Origin: Coleofasciculus sp. B1-GNL1-01
GTDB taxonomy: Bacteria; Cyanobacteriota; Cyanobacteriia; Cyanobacteriales; Coleofasciculaceae
Reading direction: 5' to 3' (one strand)
DNA: 64,000 nucleotides
NCBI GenBank assembly: GCA_040220235.1
Contig: JAVJTO010000053.1
Position numbers and translations under genes: made by a program. This document shows, in pieces, positions 41,801 to 49,830 of the stretch. Under the pieces are notes generated by a model. That model did no database searches, had not been told where the DNA came from, and was given only the letters and a program-made list of their open reading frames with translations. The first letter of the stretch is position 1. Each line of letters starts with the position of its first letter.

Positions 41801-44800
41801 CATTTTCGTCTAGGATTTCCAGGTTGACAGTAATGTCTTCAAGGTCAATGGTATCGCTGGTATTTTCAATTATTAATTCTCCTAAGAAGGCAGAGCGAGT
41901 CATTACTGCTTCTTGGTTGATTTGAATCCGAACTTTAGCACAAACTCCACTACTGTCGCTTTCTAAGGCTTCTTGGAATTCACTAAGAGCATCTTGAGTC
42001 GCTGCTGTTAAGCCAGTATAACCTTCTATTTCAATCGCTAATAAGGCTTGATTAATTTCAGTCTCAACGTTGTTTAACGCATTGAAGGTAATAAAATCAG
42101 TGCTTTGTCCATTGGGAACATCGGCGACATTTTGAATCCCTTGACTCCAGTATTCAATTGTCCGATTCCAACGGTCAATAAATTTATTGATATCACTTCC
42201 TGTCAAAGCGGGAGGAAGGTCGAGGGATAATAGTTCAATGCGCTCAGTTTCAGAAATTTGTAATTCGGTCGCAGTTGTTCCTTGAGTTCTGGCACCAAAA
42301 GCGTTTAGCCAAGCCGTTGATTGCTGATCCTCGTCAACTTGTAACCAAATTTCATCCCCGAAGTAGAGGAGGTAGAAATTGGCTAAACTTTGCCAGTAAT
42401 CTCGATAAACTGCAATTTTATCGAGTTGAGCTTCAATTGTTCCTGATGCACTGGCACTAGGGGATAAGGTATTAGCAAGATTGTTATTACCCTGTTCCTC
42501 ATTACCAAAGCAAATGCTATTTAAACAATCTAAGACCCCGAAGGCACAACCAACTGGTCCAGGGATACACCCTCCATCCCCTAAAGTAAGTTCTCCATCT
42601 CCTAACGCACTTAAACAAGCGATAACCGTCGCTGCGGTACTTAACGGATTAGGAACACAACCGATTAAGGTTAAGGAACAAGCCACCGCAGCTTGCTTAT
42701 TTTTCTCAACGCAAGGATCACAATTAGAAGGGGTACTTTGAATGCTAACGGGAAAAACTCCTCCTGGCTCTCCTGATGATCTTCCTCCTCTTCCAAAGCT
42801 ACTTCCTGATGAAGACACAGGATCTCCACAATTTCCTTCTGCGTTGAAGAAGGGAATGGGAACTGCTCGTTTGATTTGTTCTGGACCACAATCATAGTAG
42901 TAATCTAGTCCAACACTTATATTACAAGGAACGTTAGGAGTAGATTGAAGACTTAATTCCCCTCCTAGTGTCCCTAACGTATCAAAGTCAGCAATGCGGG
43001 TAATTCTGACGGGGACTGTAATGGAACTTTTTGCATCAAGCGATCCAATTTCATCAAGTAAGGGTTCAATTTTATAGAAAGGATGACTACTAAAGTTCAG
43101 AGCTAGATCATTCGCTGCAATTAACCCATGATTGGTAAAGGTCATGTCTATTTGGGTAACTTGACCTACTACTTGTAAATCTGCTAAGTCAACGGAGGGA
43201 GGATCAACGGTTACGGTAGGAATGGGAACATCTGTTTCAAAGACACTTTCTACGGTGATATTGTATTGATCTTGAATCTCTGTTTCCGTTACCGTCCAAG
43301 TGTATTTAACAGTCTCAAGGGATAGAAATGAACTAATGCTTTCCGTTTCCCCAGCATTAATTTCAACAGTTTGACGAAATGTACTATGATCTTCTGCTTT
43401 AACTTCTAAGCTGTAATACCCTTCCGCTAAGTCATCAAAATTGACCATTCCTGTATCATCGGTGGTCATTCTGGCAACTTCAGCTTGGGTAAAGTAGTCG
43501 CGAACAATAACTTCTGCACCGCTTAGTTTAGGAGAACCTTCAGCAAAGTAGAATAATTCATTAACAACGTTAACAGTTAAGTCTCCAGTCGCATCACTCA
43601 CTGCACGGAAGTTAAAAGGAAGCGATAAATCACCATCATTTCCTGCTGCATCAAAGACAATATTCCCTGTATATTCGGTTAATGCTAAATCGCTACCAGG
43701 AGTCAAAGCTAAAGTAACACTCGTAGATTCCCCCGCTGCTAAAGAGGCAATCGTGTCTGTGGTGGCTAAACTTAACCAAGGTGCATTGGGTAATAAAACC
43801 TCAATATTTTCTGCAACAGCCCCCCCTTCATTAGTTAACTCAAACTCCACAAAGGTTTGCTCACCCCGCAGCATTCCACTGGTAATCGTGCTGGTATCTG
43901 CTACTAAACTGGGGACAATTCGTGCTAAATCTACTGTTACGGGTAAACTAGCCGTTACCCCTTCAGCACTGGTGAGATTGATATTAAAGGTATCTTGGGT
44001 GATGACAGAATCGTTAGGTGCGGTGATGGTATAACCAACAGTATTGCTGCCATTACCATCTAATTGTGTTGGTAAATTCACCTGGACATCCCAATTCTCC
44101 GGCAGACTGGAGACATCGTAGGTAAACCCAGTTAAGGTTGTATCCGTGAGGTTTTCTAACTGTACTGAAGCAGTAAAAGGGGTATCGGCAATAATATCAT
44201 GGTTGGCACTATTGGCATCTAACTTTGCCCCTAAAACCGTGAAACTATCTTCATAACCTACATCTTCCCCTACATTATCTGGGAAATAAGCCCGAATATT
44301 AAATGTACCTCCTTCATCCTGTAAAGGCGTAAAGGAACGAACAAAATTACCATCAGCATCGGTAAACCCGCTGAATTCACGGGTAAAGCCGTTATTTTCA
44401 ACTTCAATGGTGACAAATTCAAAGGGAATAGGAGAATTGTCTTCGTTACTCCGCGCTGTTCCTTGGAAGAGGAGGCTTTCTCCGGCGATTCCTACAGTGG
44501 TGTCGGTGAAAACTTCTGCACTGTAGGCAGGAACAACGGTAAAAGGCGTAACAACAGTATTATTGGTTTCCCCTATCCCTGTTCCCTCATCAACTTGATT
44601 ATCTTCATCAGTTACAGCAATGAGATAATATTCTCCCGGAGTACGAGGGTTAAAGTAACTAACATTGCGTTCGTAAAACTGTCCAACTGGAATATCAGCA
44701 GTGATTTCAAATTCCGTTAACAGTTCATCACTGTTATCTAACTTGTTATCAGTAGAAAGATAAACTCGGTCAATCCAAGTTCCTGAGAGGTTTTGTAACC

Positions 44801-47800
44801 CTAAGTTTTCGACTTTATAGGTAAACTGGGCTTGTTGATTGGTGTAAGCAGGAGAGTTGGCATTGAGTTGGGTAACGGTTAAATCAGGAACTTCAATATC
44901 ACTGACTTCTAAGCTGGCATTCCCACTATTTAATCCAGTTGCCGATGCGCTAATCGTCACAGGTTGACTGCCATCACTGACTCCATCACTAACTCCCGTA
45001 ACAATGGCAGTCACTGAGGTTTCCCCTGCTGCAATGGTAACTGTGGTGGGGACTGTAGCTTCGGTGGTGTCGCTACTAGAGAGGGTAACGGTGAGGGGGT
45101 CAGTCGTATCCGTGTTGCGGGTAATGGTGGCGGTAGCAGTTCCCGTTTCGGCAATGAGGCTGCGGTCAATGTCTACGGTTAAACTGGGACTTTCATCATC
45201 AATAATGTCCAGCGTGGCAGTAACAGCTTGATCAACGATGCCTAAACTTGTGCCATCGTATAGCGGGGTGGCGGTAATATTAACGGTTTGGGTTCCATCT
45301 AAATCAGCATTATCAACCGCTTCAACGTTAAAGGTAGCAGAGGTTTGGTTGGCAGCAATGGTGACAGTATCGGGAAGAATGACCCCATCATCTCCACTCA
45401 GTTGCACTACTAAGGGTTGATCATTGACAAAATCACGGGTAATCGTGGCTGTGGTAACTCTCCCATCTTCGCCAATTTCTGATTGAGCAAAATTAAGAGT
45501 TAAATTAACCGTGTCGTTATTAAGAACTGAAATATTATCAGAACCGCTGTTAAAGCCTGATGCTGTTGCAATTAAAGTGACACTTTGAGTCGGGTCTAAA
45601 AGGGTGTCATCAACAACAGTTAAATCGACCGTAACCGCTGTTTCGCCAACGGGAATAGTAACAGTTGCTGGAGTGGTGATTTCACTCTCATCACTACTGA
45701 CCAAGGAGACTTCTAAGGCGGCATCAGTGGGTGTATTGCGAGTAATGGTTGCGGTGAGTGTTCCATCCCCTTCATTGACTGAATTGGCGGTAATATCAAC
45801 CGTTAGTTTGGGTTTGAAGTCATTATCAATGATGGTCAAAACTGCTGTGTTTTGTCCGCCGATACTGACTCCACCATTAGGATTAGAAAGCGTTAAATTA
45901 ATCGTTTCATCAGCTTCAAGAACCGTATCATTGATAATAGGAATCGTAACAGTTTTGCTCGTTTCACCATTAGCAAAGTTAACAACAATGGGATTATTGT
46001 TTACATAGTCACTGCCAGCGGTGGCACTGCCACTACTAGGAGTAACCCGGACACTCACATCTCCATCACTTCCCCCGGTACGCAGGAGAGTAACAGCAGC
46101 AACCACAGTGCCATCCTCGTTAACGGTGTAGTTGGCGTTATCAAATTCAATCACTCCAGGGACAGCATCATCATCAACAATATTAAGAATCGCCGTTGTT
46201 TGTGTGCCTAATGTCACCCCATTGGTAGGATTAGAAAGGGTTAAATTAACAACCTCAGTATCTTCAAAAACACTATCGTTGTTAACGGGAATGGAAACCG
46301 TTTTCTCAGTTTCCCCGCTAGCAAAAGTTACTGTAATCGCATCACTGGTGTAATCATCGGGGGCAACCGCTGTGCCATCACTAGGCGTTAAAGTCACACT
46401 GACTTCGCCATTACTCCCGCCAGTTCGTACCAGTGTCACCCCTGCAATGGGTGTCCCATCTTCATTGACACTATAGATTGAACCACTAAAAGCAATACTG
46501 CCAGGTTCCCCGTCATTATCGACAATGGTTAAAGTCGCAGTATCTTGAGTCCCAATCGTTGCACCATTGGTGGGATTAACCAGACTTAAATTGATCGTTT
46601 CATCCGATTCAAATACCCCATCATCGGCAACCGGAATCTCAACCGTTTTCTCGGTTTCTCCATCGGCAAAACTGACGGTAACTGCATTGTTAGTATAGTC
46701 TTCGGGATTGGTGGCAGTGCCATCGCTGAGGCTAATCGTGGCACTAACAGCACCATCACTTCCTCCGGTGCGATTGACAGTCACCGCAATGATAGGTGTG
46801 CCATCTTCATTAATGCTGTAGTCTGCTTGGGAGAAAGCTAAAACTCCTGGTACAGCATCATTATCAATAATCTCAACAACGGCGGTTGTTTGTGTGCCTA
46901 ATGTTGCGCCGTTGCTGGGGTTAGAAAGGGTTAAGTTAATCGTTTCAGTTGGTTCATAGTCGGTGTCATCCAGAACTGGAATGATAACGGTTTGACTGGT
47001 TTCGCCATCAGCAAAAGTAACCGTCAAGTCTTGATTATTATAATCTTGTCCGGCTGTGGCTGTCCCATCACTCAAGGAAATGGTGGCACTGACTTCAAGG
47101 TCACTCCCACCTGTACGAACTACGGTAACAGCAATAATGGGTGTTCCATCTTCACTGACTCGATAGGTTGCTCGATTAAAAGCCAAGACACCCGGTACGG
47201 GAGTATCATCATCTAGGATAGTTAGGGTAGCGGTTCCGTAAACCCCAAGGGTTGTCCCTGTACTGAGGTTGGTTAAAGCCAGATTCAGGGTTTCATCGTC
47301 TTCAAAATCACTATCATTAACGATAGGAAGCGTAACGGTTTTGCTGTCTTCACCATCGGCAAACTCAATAGAGATGGGAGTCTCGGTATAGTCAGACGGT
47401 GCCGTAGCCGTGCCATCAGTGAGGGTAAGGGTTGCATTAACTGTTCCGAAGAGACTCCCAGTTCGGAGAATCGTAACGCTGATGGTGCCATTTTCATCGA
47501 CACTGTAGCTATCACTGTCAAAACTGATTTGTTGAATTGGGGCAATGTACTCAAAGGCACTCGAACTAAGATCTAGAGTCGTGATATTGCGGAAGACAGC
47601 AATGAGTTCATCGGGTTCACTCCCTGCTTTATCCAAATAAAGGTTCGTATCACTACCAGAGACTTCTAAGCGGTAGTTATTGGCTGACCCTTGGAGTTGA
47701 ACAATGTCTCCGTCACCAGGGTTGAAGTCAGTGATCTTAGCGTAGTCGTTCGTGCCAGCACTGGTGAGATTGCGATCGTCGTAGGCTATCCAGTTTGCTG

Positions 47801-49328
47801 TTCCCAGAATAAAGCGATCGCCTCCACTTCCGCCAGAGAGATTGTCCCGTTCACCTTGTCCAGGATTGAGACTATTACCATCAACACCCTCTAGGGTGTC
47901 ATTCCCGGCTTCACCATAAAGACGGTCATTCCCGGCTCCCCCTTGAATCGAGTCATTGCCTTCATCTCCTTCGATGTAGTCATTCCCCGCACCCGCAATG
48001 AAGGTATCATTTCCGGCTCCCCCTCGAACATTGAAGTAACTTGCAGCCGTAGCGGTTACATTGTCATCTCCAGTTCCTCCTCGGAAGTGGAAAGCTTCAA
48101 TTTCTTTAAAAGTTCCTCCAGCACCGTTACTGGTTTCAACGGTGGTATCTATAAAGTTGATGGTTAAACCTGTATCACCTGCGTAAAGGGAAAGGCGGTC
48201 GTATCCGGCTCCGCCAATAATGGTGTCGGCTTCAGCTCCGTCGTGGAACCCGTCGTTTCCTTCGCCACCATCGAGATAGTCTACTCCCTCCCCTCCCCAC
48301 ACATAGTCGTTCCCTTCTCCTCCCTCTAGGGTGTCATCTCCGGCGTCGCCATAAAGAGAGTCATTCCCGGCTCCCCCTTGAATTGAGTCATTGCCTTCAT
48401 CTCCTTTGATGTTGTTATTCCCCGCACCCGCAATTAAGGTATCGTTTCCGGCTCCTCCGCTCGCATCGAAGTGAGCAGCCGTAGCGGTTACATTGTCATC
48501 TCCAGTTCCTCCTGCGAAATAGAAAACTTCAATTTCTTTAAAGGTTCCTCCAGCACCGTTACTGGTTTCAACGGTTGTATCTATAAAGTTGATGGTTAAA
48601 CCTGTATCACCTGCGTAAAGGGAAAGGTAGTCGTGTCCGGCTCCGCCAATAATGGTGTCGGCTTCAGCTCCTTCGCTGAAGGAGTCGTGCCCTTCGCCAC
48701 CATCGAGATAGTCAACTCCCTCCCCTCCGAAAACTTGGTCGTTCCCTTCTCTTCCCTCTAGGGTATCATTGCCTCCTAATCCTTCGATTAAATCATCGCC
48801 AGAAGTTCCGGTGAGATTGTTATTGCCCGCATCTCCAGTCAAAGTCGCCATCTCAACGGTGACTACTTCGCCATTAACCTGGATAACACCGTGGTCATTC
48901 TCGGATTGCAACTGTTCTAATTTTGTAGCAGAAAGGCTTTCACCCCGTACCAAAGCCGAAAAAATTGCGCCCTCATCTCCAGGCGCATCTACAACATTGA
49001 GGCGAGCATCCAAATAATGCCCAATCTCTTCTAACAGCACACTGACAATCAGATCTAGATTCCCCTCCGCCAGTAACTCAGAGGATAAATAAATTTGATT
49101 GGTTGTCTGAGCATAGGCTCCCCTCGCTCCATGAAGCTTCGTGGAGGATAGCACTGTAATTCTTGGCAGTTCGCTGATTAACTGACTAAACTGCATCACA
49201 TCAAGCTCTAGATCCTGACCATAGGCAAGTCGGAGCTTGGGTAAGAAATCAGCAGTAGCAGCAAACTCCTCTAGCAGATTCAGGCTGGCTTCGAGGGCAG
49301 ATTTTAGGATGGGTGGATTGGTGGTCAC
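35805..49328 (-). CDS. Giant secreted RTX / Calx-beta / Ig-like protein with an S8 subtilase domain and a T1SS-type C-terminus
   Basis: GGxGxD nonapeptides; many Calx-beta-like repeats; CARDB-like PDLTV unit; SdrD-B-like unit; subtilase triad IIDTG / HGSH / GTSQATP; DVITDF..DDQI C-terminus. Confidence 0.9.
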   Translation of the reverse strand: MTTNPPILKSALEASLNLLEEFAATADFLPKLRLAYGQDLELDVMQFSQLISELPRITVLSSTKLHGARGAYAQTTNQIYLSSELLAEGNLDLIVSVLLEEIGHYLDARLNVVDAPGDEGAIFSALVRGESLSATKLEQLQSENDHGVIQVNGEVVTVEMATLTGDAGNNNLTGTSGDDLIEGLGGNDTLEGREGNDQVFGGEGVDYLDGGEGHDSFSEGAEADTIIGGAGHDYLSLYAGDTGLTINFIDTTVETSNGAGGTFKEIEVFYFAGGTGDDNVTATAAHFDASGGAGNDTLIAGAGNNNIKGDEGNDSIQGGAGNDSLYGDAGDDTLEGGEGNDYVWGGEGVDYLDGGEGNDGFHDGAEADTIIGGAGYDRLSLYAGDTGLTINFIDTTVETSNGAGGTFKEIEAFHFRGGTGDDNVTATAASYFNVRGGAGNDTFIAGAGNDYIEGDEGNDSIQGGAGNDRLYGEAGNDTLEGVDGNSLNPGQGERDNLSGGSGGDRFILGTANWIAYDDRNLTSAGTNDYAKITDFNPGDGDIVQLQGSANNYRLEVSGSDTNLYLDKAGSEPDELIAVFRNITTLDLSSSAFEYIAPIQQISFDSDSYSVDENGTISVTILRTGSLFGTVNATLTLTDGTATAPSDYTETPISIEFADGEDSKTVTLPIVNDSDFEDDETLNLALTNLSTGTTLGVYGTATLTILDDDTPVPGVLAFNRATYRVSEDGTPIIAVTVVRTGGSDLEVSATISLSDGTATAGQDYNNQDLTVTFADGETSQTVIIPVLDDTDYEPTETINLTLSNPSNGATLGTQTTAVVEIIDNDAVPGVLAFSQADYSINEDGTPIIAVTVNRTGGSDGAVSATISLSDGTATNPEDYTNNAVTVSFADGETEKTVEIPVADDGVFESDETINLSLVNPTNGATIGTQDTATLTIVDNDGEPGSIAFSGSIYSVNEDGTPIAGVTLVRTGGSNGEVSVTLTPSDGTAVAPDDYTSDAITVTFASGETEKTVSIPVNNDSVFEDTEVVNLTLSNPTNGVTLGTQTTAILNIVDDDAVPGVIEFDNANYTVNEDGTVVAAVTLLRTGGSDGDVSVRVTPSSGSATAGSDYVNNNPIVVNFANGETSKTVTIPIINDTVLEADETINLTLSNPNGGVSIGGQNTAVLTIIDNDFKPKLTVDITANSVNEGDGTLTATITRNTPTDAALEVSLVSSDESEITTPATVTIPVGETAVTVDLTVVDDTLLDPTQSVTLIATASGFNSGSDNISVLNNDTVNLTLNFAQSEIGEDGRVTTATITRDFVNDQPLVVQLSGDDGVILPDTVTIAANQTSATFNVEAVDNADLDGTQTVNITATPLYDGTSLGIVDQAVTATLDIIDDESPSLTVDIDRSLIAETGTATATITRNTDTTDPLTVTLSSSDTTEATVPTTVTIAAGETSVTAIVTGVSDGVSDGSQPVTISASATGLNSGNASLEVSDIEVPDLTVTQLNANSPAYTNQQAQFTYKVENLGLQNLSGTWIDRVYLSTDNKLDNSDELLTEFEITADIPVGQFYERNVSYFNPRTPGEYYLIAVTDEDNQVDEGTGIGETNNTVVTPFTVVPAYSAEVFTDTTVGIAGESLLFQGTARSNEDNSPIPFEFVTIEVENNGFTREFSGFTDADGNFVRSFTPLQDEGGTFNIRAYFPDNVGEDVGYEDSFTVLGAKLDANSANHDIIADTPFTASVQLENLTDTTLTGFTYDVSSLPENWDVQVNLPTQLDGNGSNTVGYTITAPNDSVITQDTFNINLTSAEGVTASLPVTVDLARIVPSLVADTSTITSGMLRGEQTFVEFELTNEGGAVAENIEVLLPNAPWLSLATTDTIASLAAGESTSVTLALTPGSDLALTEYTGNIVFDAAGNDGDLSLPFNFRAVSDATGDLTVNVVNELFYFAEGSPKLSGAEVIVRDYFTQAEVARMTTDDTGMVNFDDLAEGYYSLEVKAEDHSTFRQTVEINAGETESISSFLSLETVKYTWTVTETEIQDQYNITVESVFETDVPIPTVTVDPPSVDLADLQVVGQVTQIDMTFTNHGLIAANDLALNFSSHPFYKIEPLLDEIGSLDAKSSITVPVRITRIADFDTLGTLGGELSLQSTPNVPCNISVGLDYYYDCGPEQIKRAVPIPFFNAEGNCGDPVSSSGSSFGRGGRSSGEPGGVFPVSIQSTPSNCDPCVEKNKQAAVACSLTLIGCVPNPLSTAATVIACLSALGDGELTLGDGGCIPGPVGCAFGVLDCLNSICFGNEEQGNNNLANTLSPSASASGTIEAQLDKIAVYRDYWQSLANFYLLYFGDEIWLQVDEDQQSTAWLNAFGARTQGTTATELQISETERIELLSLDLPPALTGSDINKFIDRWNRTIEYWSQGIQNVADVPNGQSTDFITFNALNNVETEINQALLAIEIEGYTGLTAATQDALSEFQEALESDSSGVCAKVRIQINQEAVMTRSAFLGELIIENTSDTIDLEDITVNLEILDENGNSVNELFGITDPILQNISSVDGNGILNTNSSGSAEWTFIPTRSAAGETPEQYTIGGTLSYIQDGQLVTVPLLSTPITVNPQAELTLDYFQQRNVYGDDPFTDATEVAEPFSLAVLVQNNGFGDARNLSITSAQPEIVDNEKGLLIDFDIIGSQVNGENINPSLTADFGDIAAGETAVGEWLLKSSLQGKFIDYEATFEHINDLGNEELSLIKEVNIHELIQTVQADSDGLSDFLVNDEFDANFYPDTLYFSDGNTAPVTPIDTATVDAPVTILDLEAEISLTPTSGWNYIRLEDPANGQFEIEQILRSDGTVIDLDNIWRTDRTFPATGRPIYENILHFLDFDSTGSYTITYDSNDSAPPEVREIIDVDPNPRDIPIDSLTVVFTEAIRANTFDYQDLTLTLDNGTNLITDTVTISQVDPITFQINNLTSITGNIGQYQLSIDSTGVEDLSGNIGAGTVTENWLFTGDRPAVQAIEGFSSNLLSTAVDQFTVIFTEPIQPNSFDYTDITLTRNEGGNLVNDTITISQLDNLTYQVSNLSQFTDTEGDYELLVTANNIQDTDNNNGVGGKGFTWVLDNTAPTLTDIDDVTSPRNTAISSVEVSFDQAIDPDTFDYQDLTLTVEGGTNLVTAEVEIDKRNETTYTIKGLTFLQDTNGEYTLTVNGAGIEDNAGNTTTNDLSTTWQLDRTDPLLATNIQVSATPTTSQLNTTATSLTTLNEYGQYRVNSPNITVTGDLPEANLRVYLTDATTGESLGQATVTNTSFSADIQLSGVGSRTVELRLVDEAGNDSTGTIDIFADVTQPVILDFLNVPDTATLDPVTYLDVQFSEIIDLNTFDKTDISLLRDGQAVTLPDTVTISQVSGSTYRINGLDTLTTTPGTYSLEVNATTLQDNAGNSGIAAETAIFTIAEPPTPGVTLTATGGNTTVTEGGNTDTYSIILDTQPTADVTVTLTVGAGITTDTNILTFNDSNWNQPQTITVTAVNDTTPEGDHTATITHTTNSSDSNYNNLTLPNINVSISDNDAEIQGMKWHDLDGDGVKDTDEPGLQGWTIYLDSNTNGQLDAGEISVVTDENGNYTFTNLRPDTYTVAEVMQEGWQQTYPQVNVTTTGAEIELYIPNSPIISNETYTTTSATNLINLDDFWADARFTDIKGTGFTSVIIDTGIDLNHPLFGADDDNNGIADKILYQYDFADQDNNASDKNNHGSHIASIFSSIAPDANLIVLKVFSDEGSGFFSDLEAALQWVTTNADAYNVASVNLSLGDNQNWITQTARYGIGDELAALASQNILIAAAAGNSFYQYASTPGLAYPAIDPNVISVGAVWADNFGSRTFTGGAGDYTTDTDRIASFSQRHPELLDTFAPGILITGANATGGTISMGGTSQATPYVTALATLAQEIAQEYLGRKLSVTEFRTLLETTGDLIIDGDDENDNVSNTGASYPRINAIALAEAILNLDGSDSTSTPDHPDNNSTNDPIYIPENTFSLVHTVNLTAGQVATDIDFGNQLIPPILSITPTDAEKEEGDSGTTAYSFTLTRAENTTGETSVTYEVTGSGNNPANADDFGGTFPSDTVTFADGETEKEITVEVTGDSQVEPDENFTLNLTNPSGGAQITNGTATGTILNDDTENTPPQAFYFSTDANTYSPGETLSLTNAWVLDPDGTSDIERVDMWLLAPEGDWRNVEDAEDFEPWSGGNQWASFDEYTLDLSGLESGEYTLWGKAYDSAGNASDAYTTTFEINNTPPQAFYFSTDANTYSPGETLSLTNAWVLDPDGISDIERVDMWLLPPEGDWRNVEDAEDFEPWSGGNQWASFDEYTLDLSGLESGEYTLWGKAYDSAGNASDAYTTTFEVSSVSQSTQTQSNTQTLSQVQQESSSTSSGDELTGMAANDSLVTQQDGDKLTKSDSNDPFVYTSLSESGDVITDFQVADDQIVLTEVLESVDYQGSDALADGYVRLVQGSSATQVQIDPDGLQGQETFSTFITLEDVSAAELSASNFVF
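36256..36920. repeat. Near-identical intragenic tandem duplication with 336-bp period
   Basis: 36256-36584 versus 36592-36920 (NTPPQAFYFSTD...AYTTTFE twice). Confidence 0.95.
47889..48770. repeat. Intragenic duplication of an RTX module (about 432-435 bp period)
   Basis: The anchor ctctagggt recurs at about 47889, 48324 and 48756. Confidence 0.9.
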
Positions 49329-49547
49329 GGTTAAAACTTCTGTCAGGAATGTTGTAATGCCTTCATTTTTGTGTCTTTGTGACTACACTCGTATGAGTTG
49401 TTAAAGTGAAATTCTTCATATATAGCCAAATATACTTACATATTTTCACTTAGATGACTACTAATATTTGGGAAATTTTTAGATTCTGTAACCAAACGAG
49501 TTGAAAGTTAAGCATTTTAGGGGTCAACCCCTAGTCGCTCTAAGCAT

Positions 49548-49653
49548 TAAGCTGTCATGCATTTAAATTGGGAATGGGTAGCGAGCAAGATGCTCGCACT
49601 ACGGCAAGGATTTCGCCATTATTGATATTAAGGTTTACATGCCGAACAGCTTA
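49548..49653. mobile_element. MITE copy 2
   Basis: TAAGCTGTCATGCATTT...ATGCCGAACAGCTTA with internal tagcgagcaagatgctcgcacta hairpin. Confidence 0.85.
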
Positions 49654-49830
49654 GCTTGAATTAACCTACCAGGCGGAGAACTGGAGTTCATTATTCCGTT
49701 GTTCCTTGCACCCTTGCTCCTTCCTTTCTGCCCTCTGCCTTGTCTTCACCTAAGTATGAGTATTCAACCGGACATGATATGAAACTTCTCCTGTTCGCTC
49801 AAAACCAAAGTCCAGTACTTAAACTTTTAC

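Noticed and set aside
35931..49017. Many short ORFs inside the giant gene, mostly on the plus strand
   Set aside because: Antisense or alternative-frame shadows of a repetitive coding sequence.
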